Below are positions 34,732 through 47,924 of a DNA stretch of 64,000 nt, piece by piece. The notes under the pieces are model-generated. The model had not been told where the DNA came from and did no database searches. It saw only the letters and a list, made by a program, of their open reading frames with translations. Source of the DNA: Octopus sinensis (taxonomy: Eukaryota); the NCBI RefSeq assembly GCF_006345805.1, contig NC_043003.1, forward strand, positions 51,150,001 to 51,214,000, written 5' to 3'. The translations under genes and the position numbers were made by a program. Numbering within the stretch: position 1 is the first letter of the stretch; every line of letters starts with the position of its first letter.

Positions 34732-37700
34732 GATAGATAGATAGATAGATAGATAGATGAATGGATGGATGGACGGACGGACGGAAGCAGACACAAACAC
34801 ACACACACACACGTAATTTGTACATACGTACGTGTTCATGCATGCACGTGTATGTGTTTTAATATAACGTTGGTGAAAAAAATATATATTTGCAGCAAAC
34901 TTAACAGGTACTGTTAAAGTCGAAGAGCTCGTTAATTAAGACGAAATCTGCAAAATTTTTTTTGTTGTTTAAACTATTTATAGAACTCTAATAATAAATT
35001 CCATGAAACCTGCATATCAAGCTATGTTTACATCTGTCAAACAATTTTATTTATTTCCCTTTTACTTTGCGATGCTGAACAGAGTTCTTCGCCCTCGTTC
35101 CCATCACACTCGTTTTACAATAATAATACAATTAGTCATTTCTTTGTTTTTCACATATTCTACGTTTCTTTCCAAATAGTAGGCTACGAAAGCAAAGTTG
35201 CTTGTTTAGTCGATTAGTTATGTGCCTATCAAGATGTATCACTTAGTTTCTTCTTTACTATCGTTTAATGTCAAGAATATTTTTGTAAATGTTTTGCATG
35301 ACAATGACTTCTTGACATTTCTGCATCTGTCACATCTAACTATATTGAATAGCGAAGAGAAATATTAGAAAACAGTAAGTTGTGCACATATATCTCTAAT
35401 CATGAACAACTTGAGATTAATTGCATTGATTATTTTTACATACGATGAGAAAACTTTAAAAATAGTCTCCTAAGTCTGTGAAATTTCTATTTCTGTTGTT
35501 ATTCACCGAAAATATTTTCAAACAAATTCTTCGAGAGGCATAAATCAATGTGCGCTACACGGTTTTGCTTGTCGCGCATCACTTAATAATTTCGTTTTCC
35601 ATGTATCACTTAGCAATTTCGCTTTTTACATTTGTTGTTCAACTACACTACACGTAAAAAAGATATAACATCACAGTTTTAAGAAAATATGACTTGTTCA
35701 GAGTTGGAAGGTCATCGATCATGACCATTTTTGTTTCCGAAAGAGAGTGGTAATAGGTTATCCGACCAGAGATTTGGCTCGTATGCTTACAACAGAGTTC
35801 GTCCGATAAAAGCATCCAAGAGCCATGTTATGGTGTTTAACTATTCCAGGGGTTAAATACTGCTCAAGAGTAGGAACAATCGCTTCTTTTATATTCTATA
35901 TTTTGCTGTCTACGCCTTTTCTCTCTCCGAACTTTGGTGGCACTCGGCTATTTATAGAAAATGCTTGTCCAAAATGCTGCATAGAGGGATTGAACCCGAA
36001 ACCACACAGCTGATTGTAAAGTAACAAAATATAAAGAGCAGACCCCACCTCCATCCTATTCTTGAAACATTCAAATCAGTAAGTAAAATAAATAAATTAG
36101 AGAAATAACTTCAATAATATATTTTTAAGTGAAAGCACGATAGCTTTGACGATGTCTTTGTGACAGGCTAAGTTCTTTGGTGTTTATTCTTCGTTTCCTC
36201 ACAATTGATTTTGAAGAAATTGTTAGGTCAGGTGCGAAACTGGCACCAATATCGAACGTGGAACCTCGTGATTGCAAAGCGATCAAACTCATTTTTATAC
36301 TCAAAATATTAGTCAAAGTAGAATTAGTTAAAGGCGATCTTTTGAATTCAGTACTCCACTTCCATTTTATCGATTAACAGATGTTTGGCGGTCGGCGAAG
36401 ATTGTCTCTTTCTTCGCATATTCTACCTAGCAACTTCGATACCTTATTCATGAATTAAATTCAGTACTCTATTTATTTCATCATTTTATCATTTTAGTGT
36501 GAATTCTCTGGAAACTGTATCAGATTGTTTAGAATTTATTATGATGGAATATAAATTTTGGCAAAGTTACTGTTTACCATTCCGTTCCCACTTTGTCAAA
36601 AGAACTTTTCACTTGACCTAGATCATTCCATATTGCCTGTCACTTCTGATGGTGCTTTGTCGCGACCTTTAGCTTTCAGTTTAGTCAATCTTTATCTCCC
36701 CATATGACTTATGGCAACTAATTTTCTTTCAGTCTACGTCGACCAAATCCACCCAGGTTTTGGTCAACCCGAGTTATAGGAAAAGACACTTCTCCAAGGA
36801 TCTTATGTAAAAGGATCTCGGTCAGTTTCAATGATATTGTTTGTTGTCAGGGAATATTTTAGGTTGCAGTTGGAGTTTTTTATTTATTTATTATTATCAT
36901 TATTATTTTTTTTTTTTTTTTTTTGAAGGATGTTATTGTATCAGATAATTTAAAATTGTTTCTGTTCTTCATTGCTGAGTTACTTAAGATATGAGAGTGA
37001 GTGAAGATAAAATAAATTTAAATTATTCATTTAATGAATGATATCAATAATAATAATAATAATGCTGTAGTAGTAATCATTTTAAACAAATGAAAATAAT
37101 ATTGTTAGAGCAATAATTAGTGCCATCCTTGCTGCCACTAGTGTCAAAGTTGCCCCTGGCTGCTAAGTGACAGAAGGGTAGTCCTAAGTTCAGTTCTACA
37201 GCAACAAATAAAAATAAACATTCGAAAGAAATTCAGTTCATTTTTGTATCTTTGGGTGTTCAGTTTTCTGTTTCTTTTGTATAGATTTTACCTGTCTTCA
37301 AATTAGATACAAATGAATACTGTTGTTTAGCCCCAGGTCACCAGCTGCCAAACCTTCCTTGTTAATTAATACAACCACTATATTTGAAAACCTGGTAGAC
37401 AGGTGTCTACTGTTACCTGTATATCAGTATAGAGCTTCAGTGATATGTCGGAAATGAAAAGATGCCTGATATCTGGAAGTTTACAAAGGGACATAATACT
37501 TTTATAAAATAGTTTTGTTGATATCAACATTGCTGCACTACAATCATTGACATATCTCAGATAAGCCTTCTTTCTACTTTTACCATATATTGCAAAGATG
37601 GAGATTTGATAGACCACACAACCTCGATGATTGTTTTCATTTAAATATTAAGATATTACAGTTTCATCCAACTGCATTCCACCATTTTCACTTTATCTTT

Positions 37701-38098
37701 GCTAAACTGAGGATGTATATTCACTAGGAGATACCCTCATTGATAGTGAAGGATTGGATTTGTAACTGCTTTGAAGGTTTTTTGTTGCATGCCCTTAATG
37801 TTTTGAGAGATAGGTTATATTATTGTTATGTTGTTGTATGTAGTGGTTGAGTTCTTGTGCTGTTGAAAGAGATGTTTTAGAGGTTGGTGTTTCAATATCC
37901 CTTATATCTTACAATACTGTTTCATTGTTTCAGGGTATTGCTCACCTTTGATTCACCAAGAAATTAATAAAGGATAGGAAAGACTGAAGAATAATCTTAT
38001 CAAGATGACATGTAATGTCAGTTGCATAACTTTGATATAATTTATGAAATTACGAAGAAAAGAATTAAAGCTGTAGTTTATGACCACCAAACAGCAAT

Positions 38099-40111
38099 AT
38101 GGAGGAGACATCTGAGAGTCAGATTCATGATGAAGCAAAATCTGAGAAAAAAAATGTATCTCATAAGACACAGTTAAATACACCAAAGAAATTCTACACC
38201 TGTGATATATGTTTACTGATATTCTCTGATATTGACAGTTTGACTAATCACAAAAATATACATGCAGATAAAAAACCATTCCTGTGTAGTGTGTGTGGTA
38301 AAACCTTCTCTGAGAGTTCAAAATTAACTCATCATAAATGCACACACACAGGTGAGAAACCATACCACTGTGATATTTGTGGTAAGACCTTTTCACAGAA
38401 AACTAATTTAACTCGTCACAAACATGTGCACTCAGAAACAAAACCATGCCAATGTGATGTCTGTGGAAAAACTTTCTCAACAACTGGAAATTTAGCTTCT
38501 CATAAATGTATTCAATCAGAAGAAAAATCATTCACTTGTGATGTCTGTGGGAAAACGTTTTCTAAAAGTAAAATATTAACCATCCATAAACGTATTCACA
38601 TGGATGAGAAGCCATACCAGTGTGATGTCTGTGGTAAATCATTCTCCCAAAGTGGGTATTTAACTTACCATAAGCTTATTCACACAGGAGAGAAACCATA
38701 CCACTGTGATATTTGTACTAAAACATTTTCTCGAAATGATTATTTGAAACGTCACGTACGTGTTCATACTGGGGAAAAACCATATGAATGTGATATCTGT
38801 GGAAAAACATTCTCTGGAAGTGGAAATCTAACATGTCATAAACGTATACATACAGGTAGTAAACCATACCATTGTGATACCTGTGATAAATCATTTTCAA
38901 CAACTGGAAGTTTAACTTCTCATAAACGTATTCATTCAGGTGAGAAACCATACCAGTGTGAAATTTGTTTGAAATCATTCTCTCAGAATGGACAGTTAAC
39001 TAATCACCGAAGTGTTCACACAGGTGAGAAACCATACCACTGTGATGTCTGTGGCAAAAGATTTTCTATAAGTGGTGATTTATCTCGTCACAAACGTATT
39101 CACACAGGTGACAAACCATACCAATGTGATATCTGCCGTAAAAGGTTCAGTGCAAGTGAAAATTTAACGACTCATAAACGTATTCACATAGGTAAGAAAC
39201 TATACCAGTGTGATGTCTGTGGTAAAATATTTGCAAGGAGGAGGTATTTAATAATTCATAAACGTATTCATACTGGTGAGAAACCATACCATTGTGCTAT
39301 TTGTGGTAAAACATTCTCTCGAAAGGAATATTTAACACTTCACAAATGTATTCATTCAGGGGAAAAACCATATCAGTATAATATCTATGATAAGGCACTG
39401 ACAGGGAATTCTGAATTGACTTACCTCAAGCAGCTTACCACAGCTGATAAATCATACCCTTGTAATATCTGTGGTAAAACATTCACGCATAATTTGGTGT
39501 TAGCTATTCATAAACGTATTCACACAGGTGAGAAACCATACCACTGTGATATATGTGGTAAATCATTTTCAATGAGTGGAAATTTATCTTCTCATAAACT
39601 TACCCATTCAGATAAAGAGCCATATGGGTGTGACAAGTGCGGTAAAACATTTTCTGAAAATGATCTTTTAATTAATCATCGAAGTATGCATGCAAGTGAG
39701 AATCTACGTCGTTGTGATAAAACATTTTCTCAGACTGAAGAGTTAACTCCTTGCAAACAGACTCACATTAATGAAAAACCTTACCACTGTGATAGTTCTG
39801 ATAAAGAGTTCACTGTAAGTGAAAATTTAACTTCTCACAAAAACATTTACACAGGTGAACAACTACATCAGTGTAATATCTGTGGTAAAGTATTTGCACA
39901 GAAAAGAAACTTAATAAGACACAGATATATCCACAGCAGTGGTAAGATGTACCATTGCAATATATGTGGCAAGAAATTCACTCGAAATGAGTATTTGACA
40001 CTTCACAAACGAATTCACACAGGAGAAAAACCATATCAGTGTGATATCTGTGGCAAAGCATTCACAATGAAGAAGAGTTTAACTAGTCATAAACAAGTTC
40101 ACTCAATATAA
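38099..40111 (+). CDS. C2H2 zinc-finger protein B, 670 aa, 23 tandem finger repeats (19 canonical), no recognisable KRAB/SCAN effector domain
   Basis: Long intact ORF of C-x2-C-x12-H-x3-H repeats with TGEKP-type linkers. aatATGg start with an upstream in-frame TGA; candidate acceptor ttcattgtttcag at 37933. Confidence 0.96.
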   Translation: MEETSESQIHDEAKSEKKNVSHKTQLNTPKKFYTCDICLLIFSDIDSLTNHKNIHADKKPFLCSVCGKTFSESSKLTHHKCTHTGEKPYHCDICGKTFSQKTNLTRHKHVHSETKPCQCDVCGKTFSTTGNLASHKCIQSEEKSFTCDVCGKTFSKSKILTIHKRIHMDEKPYQCDVCGKSFSQSGYLTYHKLIHTGEKPYHCDICTKTFSRNDYLKRHVRVHTGEKPYECDICGKTFSGSGNLTCHKRIHTGSKPYHCDTCDKSFSTTGSLTSHKRIHSGEKPYQCEICLKSFSQNGQLTNHRSVHTGEKPYHCDVCGKRFSISGDLSRHKRIHTGDKPYQCDICRKRFSASENLTTHKRIHIGKKLYQCDVCGKIFARRRYLIIHKRIHTGEKPYHCAICGKTFSRKEYLTLHKCIHSGEKPYQYNIYDKALTGNSELTYLKQLTTADKSYPCNICGKTFTHNLVLAIHKRIHTGEKPYHCDICGKSFSMSGNLSSHKLTHSDKEPYGCDKCGKTFSENDLLINHRSMHASENLRRCDKTFSQTEELTPCKQTHINEKPYHCDSSDKEFTVSENLTSHKNIYTGEQLHQCNICGKVFAQKRNLIRHRYIHSSGKMYHCNICGKKFTRNEYLTLHKRIHTGEKPYQCDICGKAFTMKKSLTSHKQVHSI

Positions 40112-43100
40112 GAACTAATGGATGGATGCAAACATGGTCATGTGGTTGGCTTCACAATCACACGGTTGTGATTTTAATTACACCGATTGGTACATTAAGC
40201 AAGTGTTTCCTGCCATAGTTTCAGGCTGATCGTAGTGCAGGAGTTTGTTGAGTGGATTGTATCTGTTGTTGGGTGGTACATTTAGTCCATTGCTTAATTG
40301 AGCATTATCACCAGGTTCTTGGGTGTATTTAGAGGAGACCATTTTTTTAAAAAAAGAATTCAGACAAGGTCATCAGGTATCATGATTCCTGTTCCTCTTT
40401 CCCATATAAGTTTACACTTCCTCTTCAGACAAGCCATGAAGTCATATCTTATTATAATGATGATTATATCTTGATATGTATATACATGACTAAAAAGAAA
40501 TCTTCTATCACCTTTGCTAATTAAGTCAGGTTATAGAGATTTCAATTAGTAATAATTTCAAAAGCAAAACTTCTACATGCTGCAACACAAGATTCAACTA
40601 GGAGCTATCAGATCTTCAGTCTAACACTCTCTTTACTGAGCTATTTCAAGTATATGCAAATGGCTTCATAACTTATACAGAAATATATTTACTGTCATTA
40701 AAATGGGAATGTTTTCTTAAAGTATAGCAAAGAAAATACATTAATGGGTAGAGAAAGAACTCATTTCCAATTAACAAGTAATTGAAGGTACAAGAAGTTT
40801 GTTGTATTTTTATACAATGTTACATGTTTTTGATTTGAAATGTGGAATATATACCAGAAAACTGCTTGAGGTTTTGGTGGGGTATGTTTCTGCTAGTTGA
40901 CACAATGAAAACCCTTGTTACATAATTAATCACAATCCTATAAAAGTAATTATTGGAATTCATATAAAATGTTGCAAAATTTGTGAAAATTATATTTATA
41001 GTGTTTTCAAAACACTTTAGTAGCATTATTTTGAGAAAACTGTATCTTTCCAGTAGCTGAAAGTTTTCCACCCCCTCAAACTAGCAAAAGTTTGAGAGCT
41101 TTTCTTCTTTTTTTTTTTTTTTTTTTCCATTAACTTTGTTTTAGAACCCACCATAACATTGTATTTAAGCTGAATGTAACAGTTTATGTATCATTATAAT
41201 CATTAACATGGTCGTATCGTTGTGTAATGTTCAAATTTGTAATTGGGCTATATATAAAATAAAATGTGTTTTATAAAAAAATATGTCAATATTTGAAAAT
41301 ATATATTTGCTTGACTGTTCACCTGAAATACAGAAGCAGACGAGAAGAGGAAAAAAACATTTCCATGAGATATTTCTCCAGTAATAGTTATTTGAATTTT
41401 AAAAGATGATACTTTTATGTACCTGAATTTTATCTCTCCAGAAATATTGTTTTAAAATATGAAATGGTAAAAGATAGAACAAATCAGCAATACAATGTAA
41501 AGGAGAAGGAATAAATAAAAATATATTAAATTGCTTGAAAATACAATGAATTTATCACGTTTGTTTTCATCATCATCATCATCGTTTAACGTCCGTACTC
41601 CATGCTAGCATGGGTTGGACGGTTCAACCGGGGATCTGGGAAGCCAGAAGGCTGCACCAGGCTCCAGTCTTATCTGGCAATGTTTCTACAGCTGGATGCC
41701 CTTCCTAACACCAACCACTCTGTGAGTGTAGTGGGTGCTTTTTACGTGCCACCTGCACAGTTTTGTATTTAAAAAAAAGGTACAATTTTAAATTTATTCC
41801 TTAAATTTTGACTCTATAGAAGATGTAACCAACTGTAAGCTTTTCTCTTGTTTGAATATCTGAATGAAATTATAATTTATGTATTGTTGGTGGCACAAAT
41901 CTTTTATGTCTAGATGGTATTGCACCAGTAATGTATTATCTGCTAATAGATAGAAAACTTATGTGTAGCCTAGTGGTCAAAGTGTTGGATTCCTGATGTG
42001 ACGTTGTCTGAATTCTCTGAGTACCATATTGTATAATAAAAATAAATAAATGCACCCTTTTAAAGCCTAGCCAGGTTCATGGGCCCGGTTTCAATGGCAT
42101 ATGTGTTCCCCAGCTGGACGGGACGCCAACTCATCGCAGCCTTACTCATTTTTGCCAGCTGGTTGGACTGGAGCAACGTGAAATGAAGTGTTTTGCTCAA
42201 GAACACAACGCGTCGCCCGGTCCAGGAATCAAAACCACCATCTTTCGATCATGATGCTGACACCCTAACCACTAAGCCACGTGCCTCTACTATACCATGT
42301 TGTATACTTGAGCAAAATATTTTTCATATTGCATCTGTCAACTCAGCTGGAAATGTGTGCCAGCAAAAGCTGGGAGTAACCCAACCGTGTGACAAATTTG
42401 CATCTTGGTCATTGAAATGTATTGCACTTTGGGTTGCTCATACTATATGGAAACTTGAAGAAGGTCCGACTCTAATGATCCTATAGGCTAATGTCAGACC
42501 TATTTCTTTTGTATCTCTCATTTTACTTGTTTTAGTCATTGGACTGCAGCCATAAAAAGGCACCATCTTGAAAGGTTTTGTTGAACAAATCAAATCCTGT
42601 ACATATTTTTAAGTCTGCTACTTATTCTTCCAGTCCCTTTGGCTGAACTGCTAAGCTACAAGAATGTAAACAAACCAACACTGGTTGTCAAGCACTCGTG
42701 GGGAACAATCACAAAGACATACTCATATTTATTATATATATGATAGGCTTCCATCTACCAAATTTACCCACAAGGTATTAGTCAGTCTGGAGCTGTAATA
42801 GAAGTCATTTGCTCAAGGTATTGCACACGGGGAACCTAAAGCCACATGGTTGCAAAACAGGTTTCTTAACCACACAGCCATGCTTTCATATAAACAATTG
42901 CAGCGTGGAAGGTGTTTATAAGCCATTTAAGAAACACACAAAAACCTTTAGATTCACTTCAACATTTAAATTTAATTTGTCAAAATATTTTCGTCGCTTT
43001 GAGACCGCAACCTGTTCACTGACAAAACTTCGTGCAGCAATGGTTCTCGGTTCTCACACTTTTCAAAACATTTTACGTGCCAGTTTTCCCTTACAAGTTT

Positions 43101-43168
43101 TTCTGAGAATTCACGGTCCCCAAGAAAATGCAGGATAATATACATGGTAAAAATGACACACTCGTGTA

Positions 43169-43418
43169 CCGTAATTTCTGGACTATGAACTGCACTGCCC
43201 ATAGACCCGCAACCCTGAAAACTACAACTTATTCCACGCAATTTCCCATTGGGATACACATGAAAATATGAGGAATCAGTTGATCAATTGGTTACAAAAC
43301 AAATTAGAAACGAAAACTGTCCGAAAATATCCCCAGCCTCCTGTATTAACAACTGCGTAAGACCCATTTTTGCTTATTTAGCAGACAGAAACCGCGGGTC
43401 ATACATCGTAAACTACGG
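43169..43418. mobile_element. pogo-type MITE (250 bp)
   Basis: TA-CCGTAATTTCTGGACTATGAACTGC ... GCGGGTCATACATCGTAAACTACGG-TA; imperfect ~27-bp TIRs with TA flanks. Confidence 0.6.
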
Positions 43419-43799
43419 TATATATACGTACTCGACAGTGGTTGTCGAACTTTTGGCATCACCTTCCCCTTTCACCATGTTCGGGATGTTAATCCTCCCT
43501 ATTGTCAGGTCATTCCTCATATCCATTATCCAAGGGGTGTATTTCAACCAATTTACCTATCTTAAGCAGAAGAATTTTAATAGCATCACAAAATGTACCG
43601 AAGTTTATGTCAATTGGACCACTGGTAATCACGGAAAACCACAATTTTAGTAGAAACATCGTCTTCTCTTCCTCCCCTGAAAGTTTATCATCCCTTTTCC
43701 TGAATTCCTGATACATAACATGTCAATATATATATATAAAGAAATTATTTATTCACAAAAGCAGGCCATCTATCATTTTATTTACATCAAAATAACCAG

Positions 43800-45230
43800 C
43801 TTTTTTATGTTCGACTCTGTTTTGAAGAGGGCAACTCTCATTTCTAGTGTGACATCCAGTCGATTTCGTGACTTCATTTTGATGGCAAGGAAAGTGGAAA
43901 ACGTGGTCTCACACTCATAGGTGGTTAGAAATGGCATCAGTACTTTGCGACATCAGGATATGCCTGTGACATTTCAATCCAAAAGTCAGAACAGCACATT
44001 TCACGGAAAAAGACATTTTGCACCCCCATCGCTGATCAAATCAATGAACTGCTCTTGAATTAAATTGTCTTCTGTTGGTAGACCGCTAACATAGAGCACA
44101 AAGAGATTCCTGATATAGCGGAAGTATTTGTCAAAGTCATGAAGATCAGGAAAATCAAGAGAATATTTCTCTGCCAAGTATTGACATGTGTTGTTTCATA
44201 AGTTCGACGATATCGTCATCGACTTGAAGCTCGATTTCATCTATGAACATGTTTAGTTGAGGAAATGATGCAAAGTTCTTCCTATCCAACTTTGGATGCC
44301 AAAGTTCAAGCTTCATTTTGAAAGGAATTAGTTTTTCATGAGAATGAAACCTGTTTATATCTTTCCCTTGCAGTCAAGGATTGACGGTATCCACTGTCTC
44401 GAATATGACCAGCAAAAATGCCAAGCAGATCAGGAAACGAACATCAGAGAATTTGGCGTGCAAATCTGGCTTGGCATCTTGCAAAAAATCGTGGATTCCT
44501 TTCCGTAGAAGGAAGACCCTCTTTATTGTTTTTCCCCTCGAAAGCCATCTCACTTATGAGATGGCTTTCGAGTGTTTCGAATTCAGAATCACTTTCTTTG
44601 CACAGCTCGACAAACAAACGGGAGTTGAGTGCATTCGTTTTGATGAAGTTCACCGTTGTAATCACGGAATTCAGAACATTTTAAAACACATCTGGCATAG
44701 TTTTTCACCATTAGTGCTTGTCGATAAATTGTGCAGCGTGTACCAATAGTAGTTGGGGATTTTTCTTTCACCTAAGTTTGAAAACCGGAACGGCAACCAA
44801 ACATCTCCTGAGCGCCGTCAGTGCACACGCCAAAGACATGCTCCTAATTGATATCATGTGCCATCCGGTTGCTTTGATGCTGAGGGTTTCGCAAAACAGG
44901 AATTCATCCTCCATGTGATTATTTTGTACATAACGGACATAGACGCTAAGTTGGAAACATTCGTCGTTTCACCAAGCAGCATTGCGCAAAAATTCATAAG
45001 TGAATTGTGAATCTTAGAGATCAACTGCGACAGAATGTTATCAGACAGCTCAGTTATTTGCCTGCTAACAGTACTGTTTGAGAGAGGGAGAGAAGGTGAG
45101 GGAGGGAGAGAGAGAGAGGGTGAGGGAGGGAGGGGGGGAGAGAGAGAGAGAAACATGCTTCATCTTCTGAAGTTCAGAACTTCCAAGCACATTCGATATA
45201 TCTTTGCAGCAAGGCAATATCAACCCTTCG
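43800..45230 (-). mobile_element. Degenerate hAT Buster/Charlie-type transposase
   Basis: LSNSTVSRQITELSDNILSQLISKI...GETTNVSNLA, RLFVELCKESDSEFETL, KMKLELW; frameshifted, with a purine microsatellite inserted. Confidence 0.8.
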
Positions 45231-46739
45231 CTGATACTGTGTGACTTTGTCTTTCATCCTTTCGGGGTCGATTAAATAAGTACCAGTTATGCACTGACGT
45301 CGATATAATCGACTTAATCCGTTTGTCTGTCCTCTCTGTGTTTAGCCCCTTGTGGGTAGTAAAGAAATAGGTATTTCGTCTGTCTTTTTGTTCTGAGTTC
45401 AAATTCTGCCGAGATAGACTTTGCCTTTCATCCTAACGGGATCGATAAATTAAGTACGAGTTGCGTACTGGGGTCGATCTAATCGACTGGTCCCTCTCCC
45501 GACAAAATGTCAGGCTTTGTGCCTAGAGTTGAAAAGATTCTTACGTCTTTTAAATTTTTTGTCCAAAGCTCATTGTATTGCTTTATAATACAAACTTCAA
45601 TTATTTTCAGAGAAAATTAGAAGGAATACTTTTGTTCAATCATTTTTTAAAGGCCTCAATGCTCGCTTCGCCACTTTATTATGGTCAATGTTGGGGTAAA
45701 GTGAAGAAACATCCATGGTTACCATTAAAAAAAAATAATAATAATAATAATAACACGAAATGATTTCGGCGCTTTAAAAAGTTGTAAATTTGGAAACAAA
45801 ATCAAAACTATTCCAACTATAAGGCTTCGGTCTTTTTGCTATAGGAAGTAGAAAGTCATCCAGTGTCTCCGAAATTTTGGCCGTACAACATTCATACCCA
45901 CTGCTATTTTATTTATTTTTGGAACGTCATAAAAGTGTTCTTTGCTTTGACCGCAGTAATCTGGATTCAATGGTTTTTATAAAATTGTTTTCGGCCATTC
46001 CTAAATTATTTTGCCAAGTTCAGTTTAAATCGACAAGTAATACTCACTAAAATTCTCTGTCCATAATTACGATAACACCTCTTTTCTCTTTCCATTATAA
46101 TCATTATTAGCCAGACGACGAAGTGTGTTTACACAGGAAATTAAGAGGCTATCCCAAGTCCCCGCCCCTTTTTTTCTTTCTTGTCTTAAAGCTTTCCCTA
46201 AAACCTGTCTGACAAGATTCGAGAAATTCTAGTAGAGCCTGCGTGTCTCTCCCGAACTTCATCCGGATACCAATTTGGATTTTATGCGATGTAGTGATTT
46301 CAGACACGATCATCAATATGGGTTCGCATTCAAGGCACGTCAAATAAACACTTTTCTGGAGAACTTCCAATGACTAGTTCAAATATGTATGCAAGGGCAA
46401 GAAGACTAAAATTGTGTGAGCCAACCTGGGAATTAGTTATTTGAACTTACTGAACTTTTGGAGTTACGTTTGTTTGAGATGAGAAGAGTGTTATTTGTGT
46501 AGATTGCTTTTGTAATAAGGATATTTTAACAAATAAACGTAGATATCTCTGAAAAAAAAAACCCAACTGGTTGATGAAATAAAGTGATTGTTTTGGGTGT
46601 GATAAATAAATAATGCGCAGTGTGGATTGTATGTGAGAAATTCGGAGTATGAAAAAAAATATGCATTTGAATTAACCACACAGAAACTTGAATGTTGTCA
46701 ACATTTTAAGAAACATGTGCCTGCGATCACAATTAATAC

Positions 46740-46801
46740 GCATTGTGTGACGTCATCAGCGTATAACGTCATCAATTTATGGGTAAAACACAGAAACAAA
46801 C
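46740..46801 (+). promoter_or_regulatory. THOC1 proximal promoter/5'UTR with CRE-like sites
   Basis: Palindromic TGACGTCA at 46748-46755 and a variant TAACGTCA just downstream, about 50 bp before the ATG, in a CpG-retaining zone. Confidence 0.55.
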
Positions 46802-46852
46802 ATGTCGGCGTCCACGGAGTTTGACTTTAGGATAGCTCGAAATGACTTCGGG
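46802..46852 (+). CDS. THOC1: THO complex subunit 1, exon 1 (MSASTEFDFRIARNDFG)
   Basis: aaacATGt start, donor GGG|GTATGT, phase 0 matches exon 2. Lies in a CpG-retaining region just downstream of TGACGTCA. Assigned by position and phase; homology of this exon alone is weak. Confidence 0.75.
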
Positions 46853-47924
46853 GTATGTTATTTTGTCAATATTTTCATACAGATTCCTGCGCATAATGTC
46901 ATTCTCGTTTTTTATGTAACGTTTATTCTCTGAAATGATGAATGCATAGCCTTTGTTCATTGTAAGCGTTGTAACTGCGACGATTCGAAACTCCTTGTTG
47001 CCGATCTTCATGACGGGCCGGTATAAATACACAACAGACTTTGCCTTTCATCCTTTCGGGGTCGATAAATTAAGTACCAGTTACTCACTGGGGTCGATGT
47101 AATCGACTTAATACCTATGTCTGTCCTTGTTTGTCCCCTCTACGTTTAGCCCCTTGTGGGTAATAAAGAAATAGGTATCAATACATAACAGACACTCGAG
47201 TTTTCGTTCACTCACTGCATTTCAAGTATTTAGTATTAATAAATTAATATATAATTGTAGAGGTGTTAATATTCCATAATCATCTTACGTCTTACATATT
47301 CATCAAGCTTTATGGTTGTTTACAAGTGGTAAGCTTGTATCATACTACATTTTCAGCGGTTTTTGTTTTTTTAACCAGTTATCATAGGTAGTCCACTCAG
47401 AAATAAACTTGAAACACTCTGGGGCCATGAAGTTCACTAAGAATCTCAAATAAAAGTCACTGCTTCCTTCGACTATAAGAAATGGATTATTTAAAAGTGC
47501 ATGAAACCTCAGAATCTTCTTTGTCATGGTCCACATCTACTCTGACAATTGTAATTTTAACGAATCAAATTGAAATCTGAGCAGCTCCTGATAAAAATCA
47601 ATCTAACTCCTTTTTTTTTACTATATTTCTGTTGAAATACATTATGAAAATAATGAGTAAAATAACTTTGCCATTGTTAATCTTGTATTTGGAACATAAA
47701 TTAATGTGAAATTTTAGTGTAAAGTTTTAATTCATATAACTTTAAAACATGTTTGTATCATAGAACCAAGGGCGCTTTTTGACAGATTGCTATCAGAGGG
47801 ATTAAATTAAACTTTAAGTCACTAAAAGTTCCAATGACAACTACTAATAAACTGTATAGTTGTTGTGTATAGCTGCAGGTCAGTTGTGAATCAAAAAACG
47901 ATATAGCTTGCATATATAATAATA

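Noticed and set aside
37378-37617. Minus-strand ORF with YLRYVND, resembling a Penelope RT YVDD motif
   Set aside because: A single short motif with no other alignable RT blocks; needs an HMM search.
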